Positions 1 to 9,878 of a stretch of 64,000 nt of DNA are shown here, in pieces. The notes under the pieces are model-generated. The model was not told the DNA's origin, made no database searches, and was given only the letters and a program-made list of their open reading frames with translations. This DNA is from Negativicutes bacterium. Lineage in GTDB: Bacteria > Bacillota > Negativicutes > UBA1444. A program made the position numbers and the translations under genes. The stretch covers positions 127,213 through 191,212 of the forward strand of contig CAXXIN010000017.1 in the NCBI GenBank assembly GCA_963665275.2, written 5' to 3'. How positions within the stretch are numbered: the first letter of the stretch is position 1; each line of letters opens with the position of its first letter.

Positions 1-72
1 CAGGACGATCTAGAGAGTGCCCGAGAGAAGGCAAAGTTAAGCATGGAACTATGGGTTTGTATCTGAAGGTGA

Positions 73-1251
73 CTAAAATGTTAGCCCAAGTCTCGCAAAC
101 GCACGTTGTGGCGTTTCCTCATTTGTTAAAATAACTTCGGTATTAGAATTAGAAAATACATAAGATGGCCCTTTGCTAGTGAAATCACTTTTGACTAAGA
201 CTGCATCAACCTTATTTTGCGTTAGAAATTCTGCTGTTAAAATCCCTTTGCCTTTTTCTATTTTGCTATAAGGATTATTAAGGATATCAACTTTACCAGC
301 AACTTTTTCCCCTGTTCTAAATGTCACAAGCATGAAACAAGATGCTTCGCCAAAATGAGAGTTGATCGAAGCTTGATCATCTGTTAACGGAAGAACATAA
401 ACAGTTTCTGCCTTCTGTAATGGTTCATAATGAATAAGGACCTGATCAATACTCTTGATCTCGTCTTTGATATGACGCTCAATTTTATCTGTTATAAAAT
501 GAGCTTTATCTAAGTTGTGAGTTTTTATTACAATACCCACTTCTATAAATTTGAATCGTCCAGAATTGCGTCCGGTTAATTTTTTCAGTTCAATAACTTG
601 AGGTGTATTGACAATGATCTTTTCTACTTTGCTAAGAGTCTCATAATCCAAGGAAGCATCTAGAAGGACCTTGGTTCCGTCTATCAATATTTGAAAGCCA
701 GTCTTGGCAATAAACCCAACTATAATGAAAGCGGCTATTTTGTCAAATTGATAACCGATCAAGTTGGAGATAATGGCTAATAAAGCGACTGCATTGCTTA
801 ATACATCAGTACGGATGTGAGCCGCATCAGCTAATAAAACGGGGGAATTGTTTTTTTGCCCAATATTCTTCTCATATCTGGAAAACCAGAAAGTGATCAT
901 TATTGCAGATAATAGGCTGAATATTGCGAGTCCCGGGTTTCTCAAGTCAACTGATTTAGCGGTTATAGCCTCTACCGCAATTTCATAGCCTGTGTAAAGA
1001 ATAACCACGGCAATAACAACAGATATTAGATTCTCAATTTTGTACAGTCCATAAGGGAATGACTTGGTTTTACGTTTGGCAATCTTCAATCCTACAAAAA
1101 CAGTTAAAGAGGCGACCAAATCTGCAAAAGTGTGAAACGCTTCAGCTTTTAACGCAAGGCTGCCAGAAACAGCTGCGGAACCATATTTTATTCCGAATAT
1201 AACGGAATTGATAGCAATCGAAAATAGCGCTGTTCGTTCACTTTCCTCCAT
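73..1251 (-). CDS. Cation diffusion facilitator transporter with C-terminal NifB/NifX (FeMo-co binding) domain
   Basis: CDF motifs (AEAFHTFAD, FPYGLYKIE, DAAHIRTD); C-terminal HFGEASCF...NP...KGI NifX-like motif; start moved to ATG 1251 after GAGGAGG RBS. Confidence 0.85.
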   Translation of the reverse strand: MEESERTALFSIAINSVIFGIKYGSAAVSGSLALKAEAFHTFADLVASLTVFVGLKIAKRKTKSFPYGLYKIENLISVVIAVVILYTGYEIAVEAITAKSVDLRNPGLAIFSLLSAIMITFWFSRYEKNIGQKNNSPVLLADAAHIRTDVLSNAVALLAIISNLIGYQFDKIAAFIIVGFIAKTGFQILIDGTKVLLDASLDYETLSKVEKIIVNTPQVIELKKLTGRNSGRFKFIEVGIVIKTHNLDKAHFITDKIERHIKDEIKSIDQVLIHYEPLQKAETVYVLPLTDDQASINSHFGEASCFMLVTFRTGEKVAGKVDILNNPYSKIEKGKGILTAEFLTQNKVDAVLVKSDFTSKGPSYVFSNSNTEVILTNEETPQRAFARLGLTF

Positions 1252-1294
1252 TCCAGCCACCTCCTCGTTATTATGTCCAATGCCGAATTTAGCA

Positions 1295-1732
1295 TTATAT
1301 TTCTTCTACACAATCATTCTTTTTAATTCTACCGCCTGTAGCAACTTTACAAAATAACCCTTCACCCGGCAAAAGACTTACGCCGAATGTTCGGCTGACT
1401 ATACTGAGATGATCATCTTTACCAATTTGAACGACTTCCAATATAACACTTGTTCCTAATTTAATCCTGCTCCCAACTCGTAACCGAGAAAGTTTCAAGC
1501 CATCAATTAAAATATTTTCTGCAAAGTCACCAGGGCCAGCATTTAGCTGATATTCTTTATTGGCATTTCGAACACTAGCCCAATTAAGACAAGTAACCTG
1601 ACGGCCCCAATCACCGGCATGCCCATCGTTTTCTATCCCAAAATTTTCAATAAGATTAGCTTCAAGAACTTCTTTCTTAAGTTGACCTCTTTTAGGGCTT
1701 ATAGAGATGGCATAAATGATTCCTTTGGGCAT
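1295..1732 (-). CDS. MOSC domain-containing protein
   Basis: GIENDGHAG, RQVT, PGDFAENI, GGRIKKND motifs; start at ATG 1732 (MPKGII) with GGAG RBS. Confidence 0.85.
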   Translation of the reverse strand: MPKGIIYAISISPKRGQLKKEVLEANLIENFGIENDGHAGDWGRQVTCLNWASVRNANKEYQLNAGPGDFAENILIDGLKLSRLRVGSRIKLGTSVILEVVQIGKDDHLSIVSRTFGVSLLPGEGLFCKVATGGRIKKNDCVEEI

Positions 1733-1865
1733 CAGTTTTACTTCTATCTCCTTCCGTGCAAGGCAACAATCGCATAATCTAAAATCCACATTTTGGATTT
1801 TGGCATGCCATTGGGGTTCTGGCATACCATTGGGATGAATTTTATACTTCCCTTTTTCTGTCACT

Positions 1866-2594
1866 TTATCTTCTTGACTCGCTGCATTCGAATGCAAGAA
1901 CCTCTTTCTTAGCTGTTTCCAAATGGTCACACAATGCCTTGGCAGCACCTGCACCATCATGTTGGCGAGTTTTTCCCAGAATGAACCGATGATCTCTAAG
2001 GACATCCGCATAGCGGCTGGGTTTTTGAAACGATCGGCTACACGAAAATCTCAATAAATCCATGAACATTTCATTGATCCGCATCAACAGGGCATTATGA
2101 GAAGCCGTAATAATTGCCGTATGAAACCGAACTGAAGCTTCTTCCACATCGTCACCGAGAACTATTATCTTTTCCATTTCCATGATTTCGCTTTCAATTT
2201 GCAAAAGGTCCTGCTCTGTACAACGTTCTGCTGCCAACAAGACGGCCTGACACTCCAATCCATGCCTTGCTTCAAATAAATCCGTCAACAAATGGGCAGA
2301 ATCCACCATCAAAAAATCAATATTGCTGAGAACCTGACTAATCCCAATTTTTCTTACATAAACTCCTTTACCGCGGATGTGTTGAACAGCTCCTAAAAAC
2401 TCCAATACTTTTAATGCCTCGCGAACAGGAACCCGACTAACACCAAGCATTTGAGCCAAATCTCGCTCCGATGGTAACTAATCCCCGTCCTTCAAGTTTC
2501 CCGTCCCTATCCATTGCCGAATACGCTCTACAATTTGCAGGTATAGAGCAAGGGTTTCTTTTCTTTTGTCGCGATCTATTGGCGTAATATCCAC
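1866..2594 (-). pseudogene. FadR/GntR family transcriptional regulator interrupted by in-frame TAG at 2478-2480
   Basis: From GTG 2594 reads MDITPID...LYLQIVERIRQWIGTGNLKDGD*LPSERDLAQMLGVSRVPVREAL, in frame with ORF 1866..2459 (HTH plus FCD domain). Confidence 0.75.
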
Positions 2595-2701
2595 GAATAT
2601 TTCCCATCCTTGCAACTTTGAAATTTTTGAAGGGTATTGGTATTACCAATACCCTTCAATAGAGCTCCGCTCCCTATTATGTTGTGTAAGTATCTGCTGT
2701 T

Positions 2702-3424
2702 TTATTTTTCAAAAGCCATGTCAGGCTGCCATACCTTCCAAACCTTCCCTACCAGATCAGGTCCTGGTTGCAGGGTAGGTTTTCCGGGTACCCAGCCGGA
2801 AGGAGTTGCCTCCCCTGTCGCACGGACGTGTTGGAAAGCCTGAACCTGACGAATCATCTCGGCTACATTGCGCCCCACGGGCGGGGTCATCACTTCCATG
2901 GCCTGGATGATTCCATCTGGATCAATCAGAAAACGTCCACGGATATCCACCCCAGCTTCCTCATCATAAACACCGTAAATCTCACCGATTCGGCCACCGG
3001 CATCGGACAGCATGGGAAATGGCACTCCACCGGGAACCATCTTTGAAAGTTCTTCTTCCTGCCAGATTTTATGACTGAACCGACTGTCTGTGCTCATTGC
3101 CAAAACCTGAACTCCTAATGCTTGCAATTCTTGAAATTTGACGGCGACCGCCGACAATTCGGTCGGTCAGACAAATGTAAAATCACCTGGATAAAAGCAG
3201 AGAGAAATCCACTTTCCTTTATAATCGGAAAGTTTCACATTTGAAAACGTCCCATTGATGAACGCATTGGCTTCGAAATCCGGAGCCGGTTTACCCACTT
3301 TAGCCAACATTTTATATTCTCCCTTCGTTTCAGTCTGGTTTTCTTGTACAACCATTGTTTCGATAGGGTTACCTATTGTTGGTCCTTTTGCCGGGCTCAC
3401 ACAGGAAAGCTTTTCTTCTGCCAT
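2702..3424 (-). CDS. prxU: Selenocysteine-containing peroxiredoxin (AhpC/TSA family), UGA at 3167-3169
   Basis: ORFs 3167..3484 and 2702..3157 are in frame across TGA: [17 protein letters not shown], placing U at the peroxidatic Cys position; SECIS-like hairpin follows. Confidence 0.9.
3133..3160 (-). promoter_or_regulatory. Candidate bacterial SECIS element of prxU
   Basis: GAATTGT-CGGC-GGTC-GCCG-TCAAATTTC hairpin, with a G-starting loop about 17 nt after the UGA. Confidence 0.6.
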
Positions 3425-3591
3425 CTTTTTCACCTCTCTCTCTTCTTTCTTCCATGCATCATCCTTGCAGCAACCGCAAAGCAAGCTTCCGACGCAGCAC
3501 GGAATACAAGGTTAATTGGGTTCTCCATTTTAAAAAAATTGTGGAAAGGGCAGTCAATCGTTTTCCTGCCCTTTCCACAGCGTGGATGCTT

Positions 3592-3915
3592 TTAGTCGGT
3601 ATTTGTCGAAATATTTTCCAAACGTTGTTTCATTTGTTGCAACTGCTTTTCCAAAAAACTCATTTGATTGGTCAACAACTCTTTTTCATTACCAACGGGA
3701 TCATTTACACCAGAGTATGGCTGAGTCATAAATCGGTTTCGCGCCTGTAAGCCAGCTCCACGCATCATTCCACCAGTACCACGCCGGCAACCAAAGCCAC
3801 CAAACATACCTGGAGTGTTCATTGCGCCCGGCACAGCAAACCCTGAACAAAAACCGGCGCCGCGCCCTGTCTTTGAACCCATTCCCATCGGTCCCATTCC
3901 ATCTCCTCTTGGCAT
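3592..3915 (-). CDS. DUF5320 family glycine-rich protein
   Basis: MPRGDGMGPMGMGSKTGRGAGFCSGF N-terminus and C-terminal coiled coil EKELL...LEKQL...RLE. Confidence 0.8.
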   Translation of the reverse strand: MPRGDGMGPMGMGSKTGRGAGFCSGFAVPGAMNTPGMFGGFGCRRGTGGMMRGAGLQARNRFMTQPYSGVNDPVGNEKELLTNQMSFLEKQLQQMKQRLENISTNTD

Positions 3916-3970
3916 CTTTTTCACCCCTTTACTATTTTCGGCATCATACGATTTCAGCTCGGTACCGTTT

Positions 3971-4018
3971 TTGTCATATGCCCATAATTATAATAACCCG
4001 ATTACCGGCATATGTCAA
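3971..4018 (-). promoter_or_regulatory. SigA promoter (TTGACA-17-TATTAT) bracketed by two CATATG-centred boxes
   Basis: TTGTCATATGCC (3971-3982) and GGCATATGTCAA (4007-4018) form an imperfect inverted repeat overlapping the -35 element. Confidence 0.55.
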
Positions 4019-4377
4019 CAACTTAACAAAAAACATCTCCTCTTCTTGAAATAAAACCCGAAACTTCTACCTCATATCTATGCCGTTCCCCATCTTATCT
4101 TTACCTCTAAATATATTTCACCCCGTTTTACATAAGAGTTCTAAAATCACCAATCTCGCAAAACTAAATCTCTGATGATAAAAAAACAACCGGTAGCACA
4201 GCCACCGGTTTCATCAATATCAACGCTCAAAACTCAGCCTACAACTTCAGTTTTTCTCTTTGCAGGCTCAACGTATTCCCTAATGAACGTGCGCCAAGAT
4301 TTTGTTTAAACATCAACATATCGGTCTAATCACTCCAACCAGCCCTGCACAACCGTTTAAATTGTTTAGTCATTGCT

Positions 4378-5373
4378 TCATTCTTCAGGCACGCACAATT
4401 TTCCTCTTCTAATAAGGCCGATCGTCTTATACGCCACCATCATAACCACAAGAGTAGCGATCAGTAGCATAAGTCCGCCGAAAATATTGAAAATGGCGAG
4501 TTGTGTGGCTCGAAATGCAACAAAAAGAGAGATGGTAAAAGCGCACAGGGGAAAGGTATATCCCCACCAAGATAGGAAAAACGGCAGTTTAACAAATTTT
4601 CGATACATTGTGAATAATAACAAAGTAAGAAATACAGCAACATACAACAGCACTCTAGCAGCCGGATCAAAACTACCGGTAAGCCGAAAATAGGATACAA
4701 AGGCAATGGCGGGTGGCGCGATTAGAATAAACAGCGTCGGAAAAAGTTTTTCCGGCAAATGATCGTGGAAACCCAATCGGTACACCATAATTGTAAATAA
4801 ACTTAACCAAAAAACGAGTCCCACACTAAAAAAGAACCAGGAAATTTCTTTCGAAGCAAATTCCACGCCGGCAATGGGGACCAAAATATTACCCACCACA
4901 GGAATGAACCATGCCGGATTGAACTGTTGGATGCTGTAGAGGCGGTTAATCCAACGCGATACAGCTATCACTGTAAAGGCCAAGTGAGCCACCGCGCCGA
5001 CCACCCACAATCCTCTCGCCAAATCTGGAGCATGCTCCATGGCTGCAATCGCCAGTAGTAACAGACTGATCGATATCGCAGGGAAAAAATTAAATCGTAC
5101 GGGGTGATTGAATTCTTTCAATGCCTCCTCAGGATAATGCAGTATTTTCCAGAGATACAAAACACCAATGCCAGAAAAAAGGCTGAATGCAAAGAACAAT
5201 AAACCGATTCCAACATCACCTGCTAACGAAAAAAAATGTCCCGCTCGTTGGTAAGCAATGGACAACCCGGTAATCCCCATGACGCTGACGAACAATGTTA
5301 CTGGAAAATATTGCATTTTTAAAACTCCTTGCATTTTTGTCGGGTTTAATCGGTCTTGTTCATTTAACTTCAT
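4378..5373 (-). CDS. SLAC1/TehA family anion channel (tellurite/C4-dicarboxylate transporter)
   Basis: FVSVMGITGL, HPVRFNFFPAISIS, NPAWFIPVVGN, LSWWGYTFP motifs. Confidence 0.9.
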   Translation of the reverse strand: MKLNEQDRLNPTKMQGVLKMQYFPVTLFVSVMGITGLSIAYQRAGHFFSLAGDVGIGLLFFAFSLFSGIGVLYLWKILHYPEEALKEFNHPVRFNFFPAISISLLLLAIAAMEHAPDLARGLWVVGAVAHLAFTVIAVSRWINRLYSIQQFNPAWFIPVVGNILVPIAGVEFASKEISWFFFSVGLVFWLSLFTIMVYRLGFHDHLPEKLFPTLFILIAPPAIAFVSYFRLTGSFDPAARVLLYVAVFLTLLLFTMYRKFVKLPFFLSWWGYTFPLCAFTISLFVAFRATQLAIFNIFGGLMLLIATLVVMMVAYKTIGLIRRGKLCVPEE

Positions 5374-5377
5374 TTCT

Positions 5378-6565
5378 TCACCCAGCCGCACTGCGCTGGA
5401 GTCGAGCCGCCGGACGGTTTTTCATCAACAAGGCTGCCAACCCGGCCACTAATGGAAGCAGAAAAATAACGAAAATTGCCGATGCCAGGCCCCAAATATC
5501 ACCGATGCGACCAATAAGGATTACAGCCAGACCGCCTACCCCACCGGCAAATCCCATGGTAAGCCCTGCCGCCAACGCTTTGTTATCAGGAATCGCCTCC
5601 TGTGCCGCAATCACAGTAACGGAAAAACTGGATAACAGAGTTGCTCCGGCCAAAGCGAGAAACAGCATACTCAATACCCCTTGCGTGTAAAAAAACGCAA
5701 AAAACAATGGCGTTGAAAGGACTAAGGACCCCACAATCAATCGTTTTCGCCCATAAAAATCAGAGAGAAACCCTCCCAATACTCCCCCCATCGCTCCTGC
5801 AAAAAGCATGATCGTAAGCAGATGACTCGCTGCAACATTGGATAGGTTTTGTGATTTAAAGTACAGGGGCAACAGTGCCAGCATCCCGGTATAAGATAGG
5901 GAACGAATGGCGATAACACTAATGATGGCTACAAGTTCTTTTTTTGAGGCTTTCAACGAGCAAAGAACCTCGGAAAAGTCCGGGACGGTGCCGGATAATA
6001 CATTATCGCGCGGAGCGTAGAAAAACAATAATATCGCTACCAAAATTCCAGGAATCACTGTAATGGCGGTTGCGTGCAGGCCATAAGCTTCGAACAACGG
6101 TACCAGCAAGAGTGGCCCCAGAGCAAACCCGACATTTCCAAAGGCTACAAAGGTTGAAAGCATAACTGCCTTATGTTCGCCGCTCAAAACATTAACCATC
6201 GTGGATGCCTGGGGATGAAACGCCGCCGTACCCAAACCAGCTAAGGCCGCCAAAACAACAATGGCCCAATAATTTTCAACCAGGCCGGTCATGCTCAGCA
6301 TAATCGCCATCCATAGGGTCCCCACATGCACGAGCCAACGTTTACCCTGGCGATCCAAGAAATAGCCAAACATCGGCTGAATCAATGACGAAGTAAGAGT
6401 AAACGCAGAAACCAGAATCGTAGCCCGAGTGGCGGTAAAGCCGGGACTTAACACAATCAAAAAGGGAAATAGCTGAGGTAGATAATTGCTATACAAATCA
6501 TTGAGCGTGTGCGCTACTGAAAGCACTCCGATTTTAGTGTACTGGATCTCTGACTTATCATCCAT
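5378..6565 (-). CDS. MFS transporter (Fsr-like)
   Basis: HTLNDLY, QPMFGYFLDR, GLGTAAFHP, LSDFYGRK; start at MDDKSE with GGAG RBS. Confidence 0.85.
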   Translation of the reverse strand: MDDKSEIQYTKIGVLSVAHTLNDLYSNYLPQLFPFLIVLSPGFTATRATILVSAFTLTSSLIQPMFGYFLDRQGKRWLVHVGTLWMAIMLSMTGLVENYWAIVVLAALAGLGTAAFHPQASTMVNVLSGEHKAVMLSTFVAFGNVGFALGPLLLVPLFEAYGLHATAITVIPGILVAILLFFYAPRDNVLSGTVPDFSEVLCSLKASKKELVAIISVIAIRSLSYTGMLALLPLYFKSQNLSNVAASHLLTIMLFAGAMGGVLGGFLSDFYGRKRLIVGSLVLSTPLFFAFFYTQGVLSMLFLALAGATLLSSFSVTVIAAQEAIPDNKALAAGLTMGFAGGVGGLAVILIGRIGDIWGLASAIFVIFLLPLVAGLAALLMKNRPAARLQRSAAG

Positions 6566-6595
6566 GAGAAAACTCCTTCGGCTTATATTTCCCCG

Positions 6596-6658
6596 GATAC
6601 ACCGGGGGGGTATAAAGATGTATTTATCATAACCTCTTCCCACCCGCTTGTCAAGAAA
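6596..6658 (-). promoter_or_regulatory. SigA promoter plus CsoR/CstR-like operator (copy 1)
   Basis: TTGACA-17-TATGAT followed by ATACCCCCCCGGTGTAT; 51/63 identical, ungapped, to 33507-33569. Confidence 0.75.
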
Positions 6659-6772
6659 CGGCGTAGTTATTATCGCCACACACCTGACACTCGCATGGAA
6701 ATCAACCAGGTTTAATGCTACAATATTTCGAGCAGAGTTGCCTCCTGACTTCTATAACGAATGAGGTGTGTT

Positions 6773-7252
6773 ATGATCCACTACCAACCGATCGGCATTA
6801 TCCGCACGCCGTTTTCAAAACCCAAAGGAACACCGATCCAGGCGACCGCCGCACAAGGTGTCACCGGAACTATCGAAATATATTCAGAGTTTGCAGATGG
6901 CTTAAAAGATATCGAGGGGTTCTCCCATCTAATATTGATTTACCATTTGCATTTAATTAAAAAATGCGATTTATTGGTCAAGCCTTTTTTAGGCAACGAT
7001 TTACACGGAATATTTGCAACGCGCTCTCCAGGCAGGCCCAATCCCATCGGATTTTCCATTGTGCGCCTTACCCATGTTGAAGGAAACGTGCTGGCGATTG
7101 CGGATGTTGATATTGTCGACGAAACGCCTTTATTGGATCTCAAGCCCTATGTTGGCGAATTCGATGTCAGACATGCACCAAAATCAGGTTGGTTTGAGGA
7201 AAATTTGCATAAACTTCCTTTCACAAAGGACGATGGAAGATTCGTGGAATAA
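6773..7252 (+). CDS. tsaA: tRNA m6t6A37 methyltransferase TrmO/TsaA
   Basis: PIGIIRTPF, GFSHLILIYHLH, GIFATRSPGRPNPIG, TPLLDLKPY. Confidence 0.9.
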   Translation: MIHYQPIGIIRTPFSKPKGTPIQATAAQGVTGTIEIYSEFADGLKDIEGFSHLILIYHLHLIKKCDLLVKPFLGNDLHGIFATRSPGRPNPIGFSIVRLTHVEGNVLAIADVDIVDETPLLDLKPYVGEFDVRHAPKSGWFEENLHKLPFTKDDGRFVE

Positions 7253-7287
7253 TCTGTTACCTCCGCCAGCAATAATGAATTAATTGG

Positions 7288-7336
7288 AAACAAGGGACGT
7301 GCTAAAGCATTAGCTTTAGCACGTCCCTTGTTTTTT
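7288..7336. terminator. Long perfect hairpin, bidirectional terminator or REP-like palindrome
   Basis: AAACAAGGGACGTGCTAAAGC-ATTA-GCTTTAGCACGTCCCTTGTTT followed by Ts, between convergent genes. Confidence 0.8.
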
Positions 7337-7404
7337 CATTCAATTTGATTACGATCTCAAGGTTTTGATCAGAAACTTATCGCCAGATGCTCGATTCATT
7401 CCTT

Positions 7405-9852
7405 TCACTTCTCTTTATTTTGAAATTTCACCTTGAAAAAATCGTTAATGCCAAGGGAAAACAGCAGGCTATAGGCAACGATGAACAGCAGAATCGGCCA
7501 ACTGATCCCCGGCAAGTCGGAAAGGCCAAACGCGCCAATCATACTGGCGATAATGGTGTCGGCAGCAATGACTCCGCCTAGCGTAGCGCTGGGCCTTGAC
7601 TGCCAGAAGTGTCCATCCTGCCGGACTACGAACAGTGAAAATATCGCAAAAAAGAATAGACTCAAGAAAGAAAAAGTGTTTAGCGTGCTCTCGCCAGGGC
7701 GCAACTTGAAATAGTGGATTCCGATGAACATCAACAGGGCAATTTCCAGCACCATGGCCGTCCCCAGAATGGTTCCCATTCTCGTCATCGGAGCGATGTT
7801 GAGGGTGGTGGGGTTGGGCGATGATTGCACCCGGTCTGTCGCCAAAGCTATTTTGGCGAAGTCGGTCATGAAAATCAGCAACAACATGGCTAAGGCCGAA
7901 ACGAGAAAACTGCCGGTAAGTAAGAATGAGCCGACAACAAAAGTCGCCTTGAGGATCGTCCTGGAAATTTTGTTGAGCACCCAGATTTGAATCCGACGGT
8001 GTACGGTTCTGCCGATTTTGATCAGACTGATAATCCCGGCCAGCCCTTCCGTTGTCAGGACGACGCTGGCTGCTTCCTTGGCAACATCGGAAGCATTGCT
8101 GACAGCGATCCCCACTTCCGCCTGCTTTAACGCCGGCGCATCATTTACACCGTCGCCGGTCATTCCCACCACGTGACCCGCATCTTGCAGCGCTTTTACA
8201 ATCAGGAACTTATCCTCGGGATAGACTTCGGCAAATCCACCCGAATCTCGTATGAGCTGAAGAGCCTGCTTCGGTGATGTCTTGAGCAATTCTCGGACGG
8301 CTTTGACAGACACCACCTCGCCGGGAATTCCTACCTGTCGCGCAATTTCCCTCGCAGTGCCCAGCGCATCGCCGGTGAGCATCTTAATGCTGATCCCCAG
8401 TGAATATGCCTGCGAAATTAACTCTTTTGAATCGGGCCGCGGTGCATCATTGAGTCCTAGCAGTCCGATGAAAGAATAAATCGCATTGTCATCGACTGTA
8501 GCAACGGCGATAACTTTATTACCCGCATTGGATAGTTCTGCGGCCATCTGGCGAATTGCTTTAGCGCCTTTATCAGACAAGCCGCAAAGATCAACAACCA
8601 CATCCACTGCTCCTTTCATCACCCGATAGTGTGATTCTGGTTCAGTGACTGTAGCCTCCGTGCGACGGGTTTCCGGGCTGAAGGGAACGAAGTGGTCGAC
8701 TTGGCTTGAACCTACGACAATACCGCGAGCAGTAGCCGCTTTGATGACCGCAATGTCGATCGGATCCTGATCGGCTTCTTGGGAAGCCAACAGGCCAGCT
8801 TTCAGAACGAAGTCTTCACTATAGGGAGGTTGGGGCAACACCTGGGTCACGGAGAGCTTGTTCATTGTGATTGTGCCGGTTTTATCGACGCAAATCACAT
8901 CCACCATGGCGGCATCTTCCGAAGCGCTGAGTCGGGTAACCAGCACTCCTTGACTGACGAGTTCTTTGGCGCCAAAGGTTGTTGCCACCGTGAGCATGAC
9001 CGGTAATGCTACAGGTACTGCCGATAACAAAACGACGAGAACAAGCGGCAACGTCGCTATGACGGAAAGTTGCCGATAAACCACTACCGCCAGCATAATC
9101 GACAAGAGCACTGCCACAATGACAAACAACCGCCGAACAACTTTCGTGATGATCTCTTCGATGTGGAGTTTCGGCCGGGCGGATTGCACAAGTTGCGTGG
9201 TCTTGCCAAAAAAGGTCGCTTTCCCCGTAGTGAGCACCACACCCGTAGCTTCGCCTCGCTGTACGACTGAACTACTGTATAGATTATCCGCTTTCACCTT
9301 AACCACCACGCCAGACTCGCCTGTCAAGCTGGACTGGTCTACCCGCAACTCGCCATCCGCCAACTTTATGTCAGCCGGCACAAAGTCGCCGGCTCGCAGT
9401 CTGATAATATCCCCAGGCACCACCTGCCGGGCCGGGGTAGTGGTCCATTGTCCGTCCCGCAAAACCTTGGCGTTAATCGACAATTTACTCTTTAGCGCGT
9501 CAACCGCCCGCTCAGCTTGTCCTTCTTCAATATAGCTCAACACCGCATTGACAATCAACAATCCGGCGACGATAGCCATATCCGAATATTTTTGCAGATA
9601 CCAGGACAAGATCACGACCAATTCCAGCATCCAGGCAGAAATGCCCCAAAACTTCCCTGCGAAGCGCAGGATGGGATTGGCTTTGGTTTCCGCTACCTCA
9701 TTGTACCCCGATTGCGCAAGACGCTTTGCAACTTCACTGCCGCTCAGGCCTTGGGCGAGCGCCACGTTCAGATCCCCAATCGCTTTATCCAGCGTGGCAT
9801 CAAACAAAGTGGCTTTGACCCCACTGGACTGTGGTTCTGTCTCCATAATCAT
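7405..9852 (-). CDS. Plasma-membrane proton-efflux P-type ATPase (type IIIA)
   Basis: [29 protein letters not shown]; F(W)G-WMLE and TDF motifs typical of PIIIA. Confidence 0.85.
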   Translation of the reverse strand: MIMETEPQSSGVKATLFDATLDKAIGDLNVALAQGLSGSEVAKRLAQSGYNEVAETKANPILRFAGKFWGISAWMLELVVILSWYLQKYSDMAIVAGLLIVNAVLSYIEEGQAERAVDALKSKLSINAKVLRDGQWTTTPARQVVPGDIIRLRAGDFVPADIKLADGELRVDQSSLTGESGVVVKVKADNLYSSSVVQRGEATGVVLTTGKATFFGKTTQLVQSARPKLHIEEIITKVVRRLFVIVAVLLSIMLAVVVYRQLSVIATLPLVLVVLLSAVPVALPVMLTVATTFGAKELVSQGVLVTRLSASEDAAMVDVICVDKTGTITMNKLSVTQVLPQPPYSEDFVLKAGLLASQEADQDPIDIAVIKAATARGIVVGSSQVDHFVPFSPETRRTEATVTEPESHYRVMKGAVDVVVDLCGLSDKGAKAIRQMAAELSNAGNKVIAVATVDDNAIYSFIGLLGLNDAPRPDSKELISQAYSLGISIKMLTGDALGTAREIARQVGIPGEVVSVKAVRELLKTSPKQALQLIRDSGGFAEVYPEDKFLIVKALQDAGHVVGMTGDGVNDAPALKQAEVGIAVSNASDVAKEAASVVLTTEGLAGIISLIKIGRTVHRRIQIWVLNKISRTILKATFVVGSFLLTGSFLVSALAMLLLIFMTDFAKIALATDRVQSSPNPTTLNIAPMTRMGTILGTAMVLEIALLMFIGIHYFKLRPGESTLNTFSFLSLFFFAIFSLFVVRQDGHFWQSRPSATLGGVIAADTIIASMIGAFGLSDLPGISWPILLFIVAYSLLFSLGINDFFKVKFQNKEK

Positions 9853-9878
9853 TACCGTCCTTTAAGTTTGGAAATCAT

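Noticed and set aside
1-66. Possible 3' end of a plus-strand gene (QDDLESAREKAKLSMELWVCI*)
   Set aside because: Too short to support
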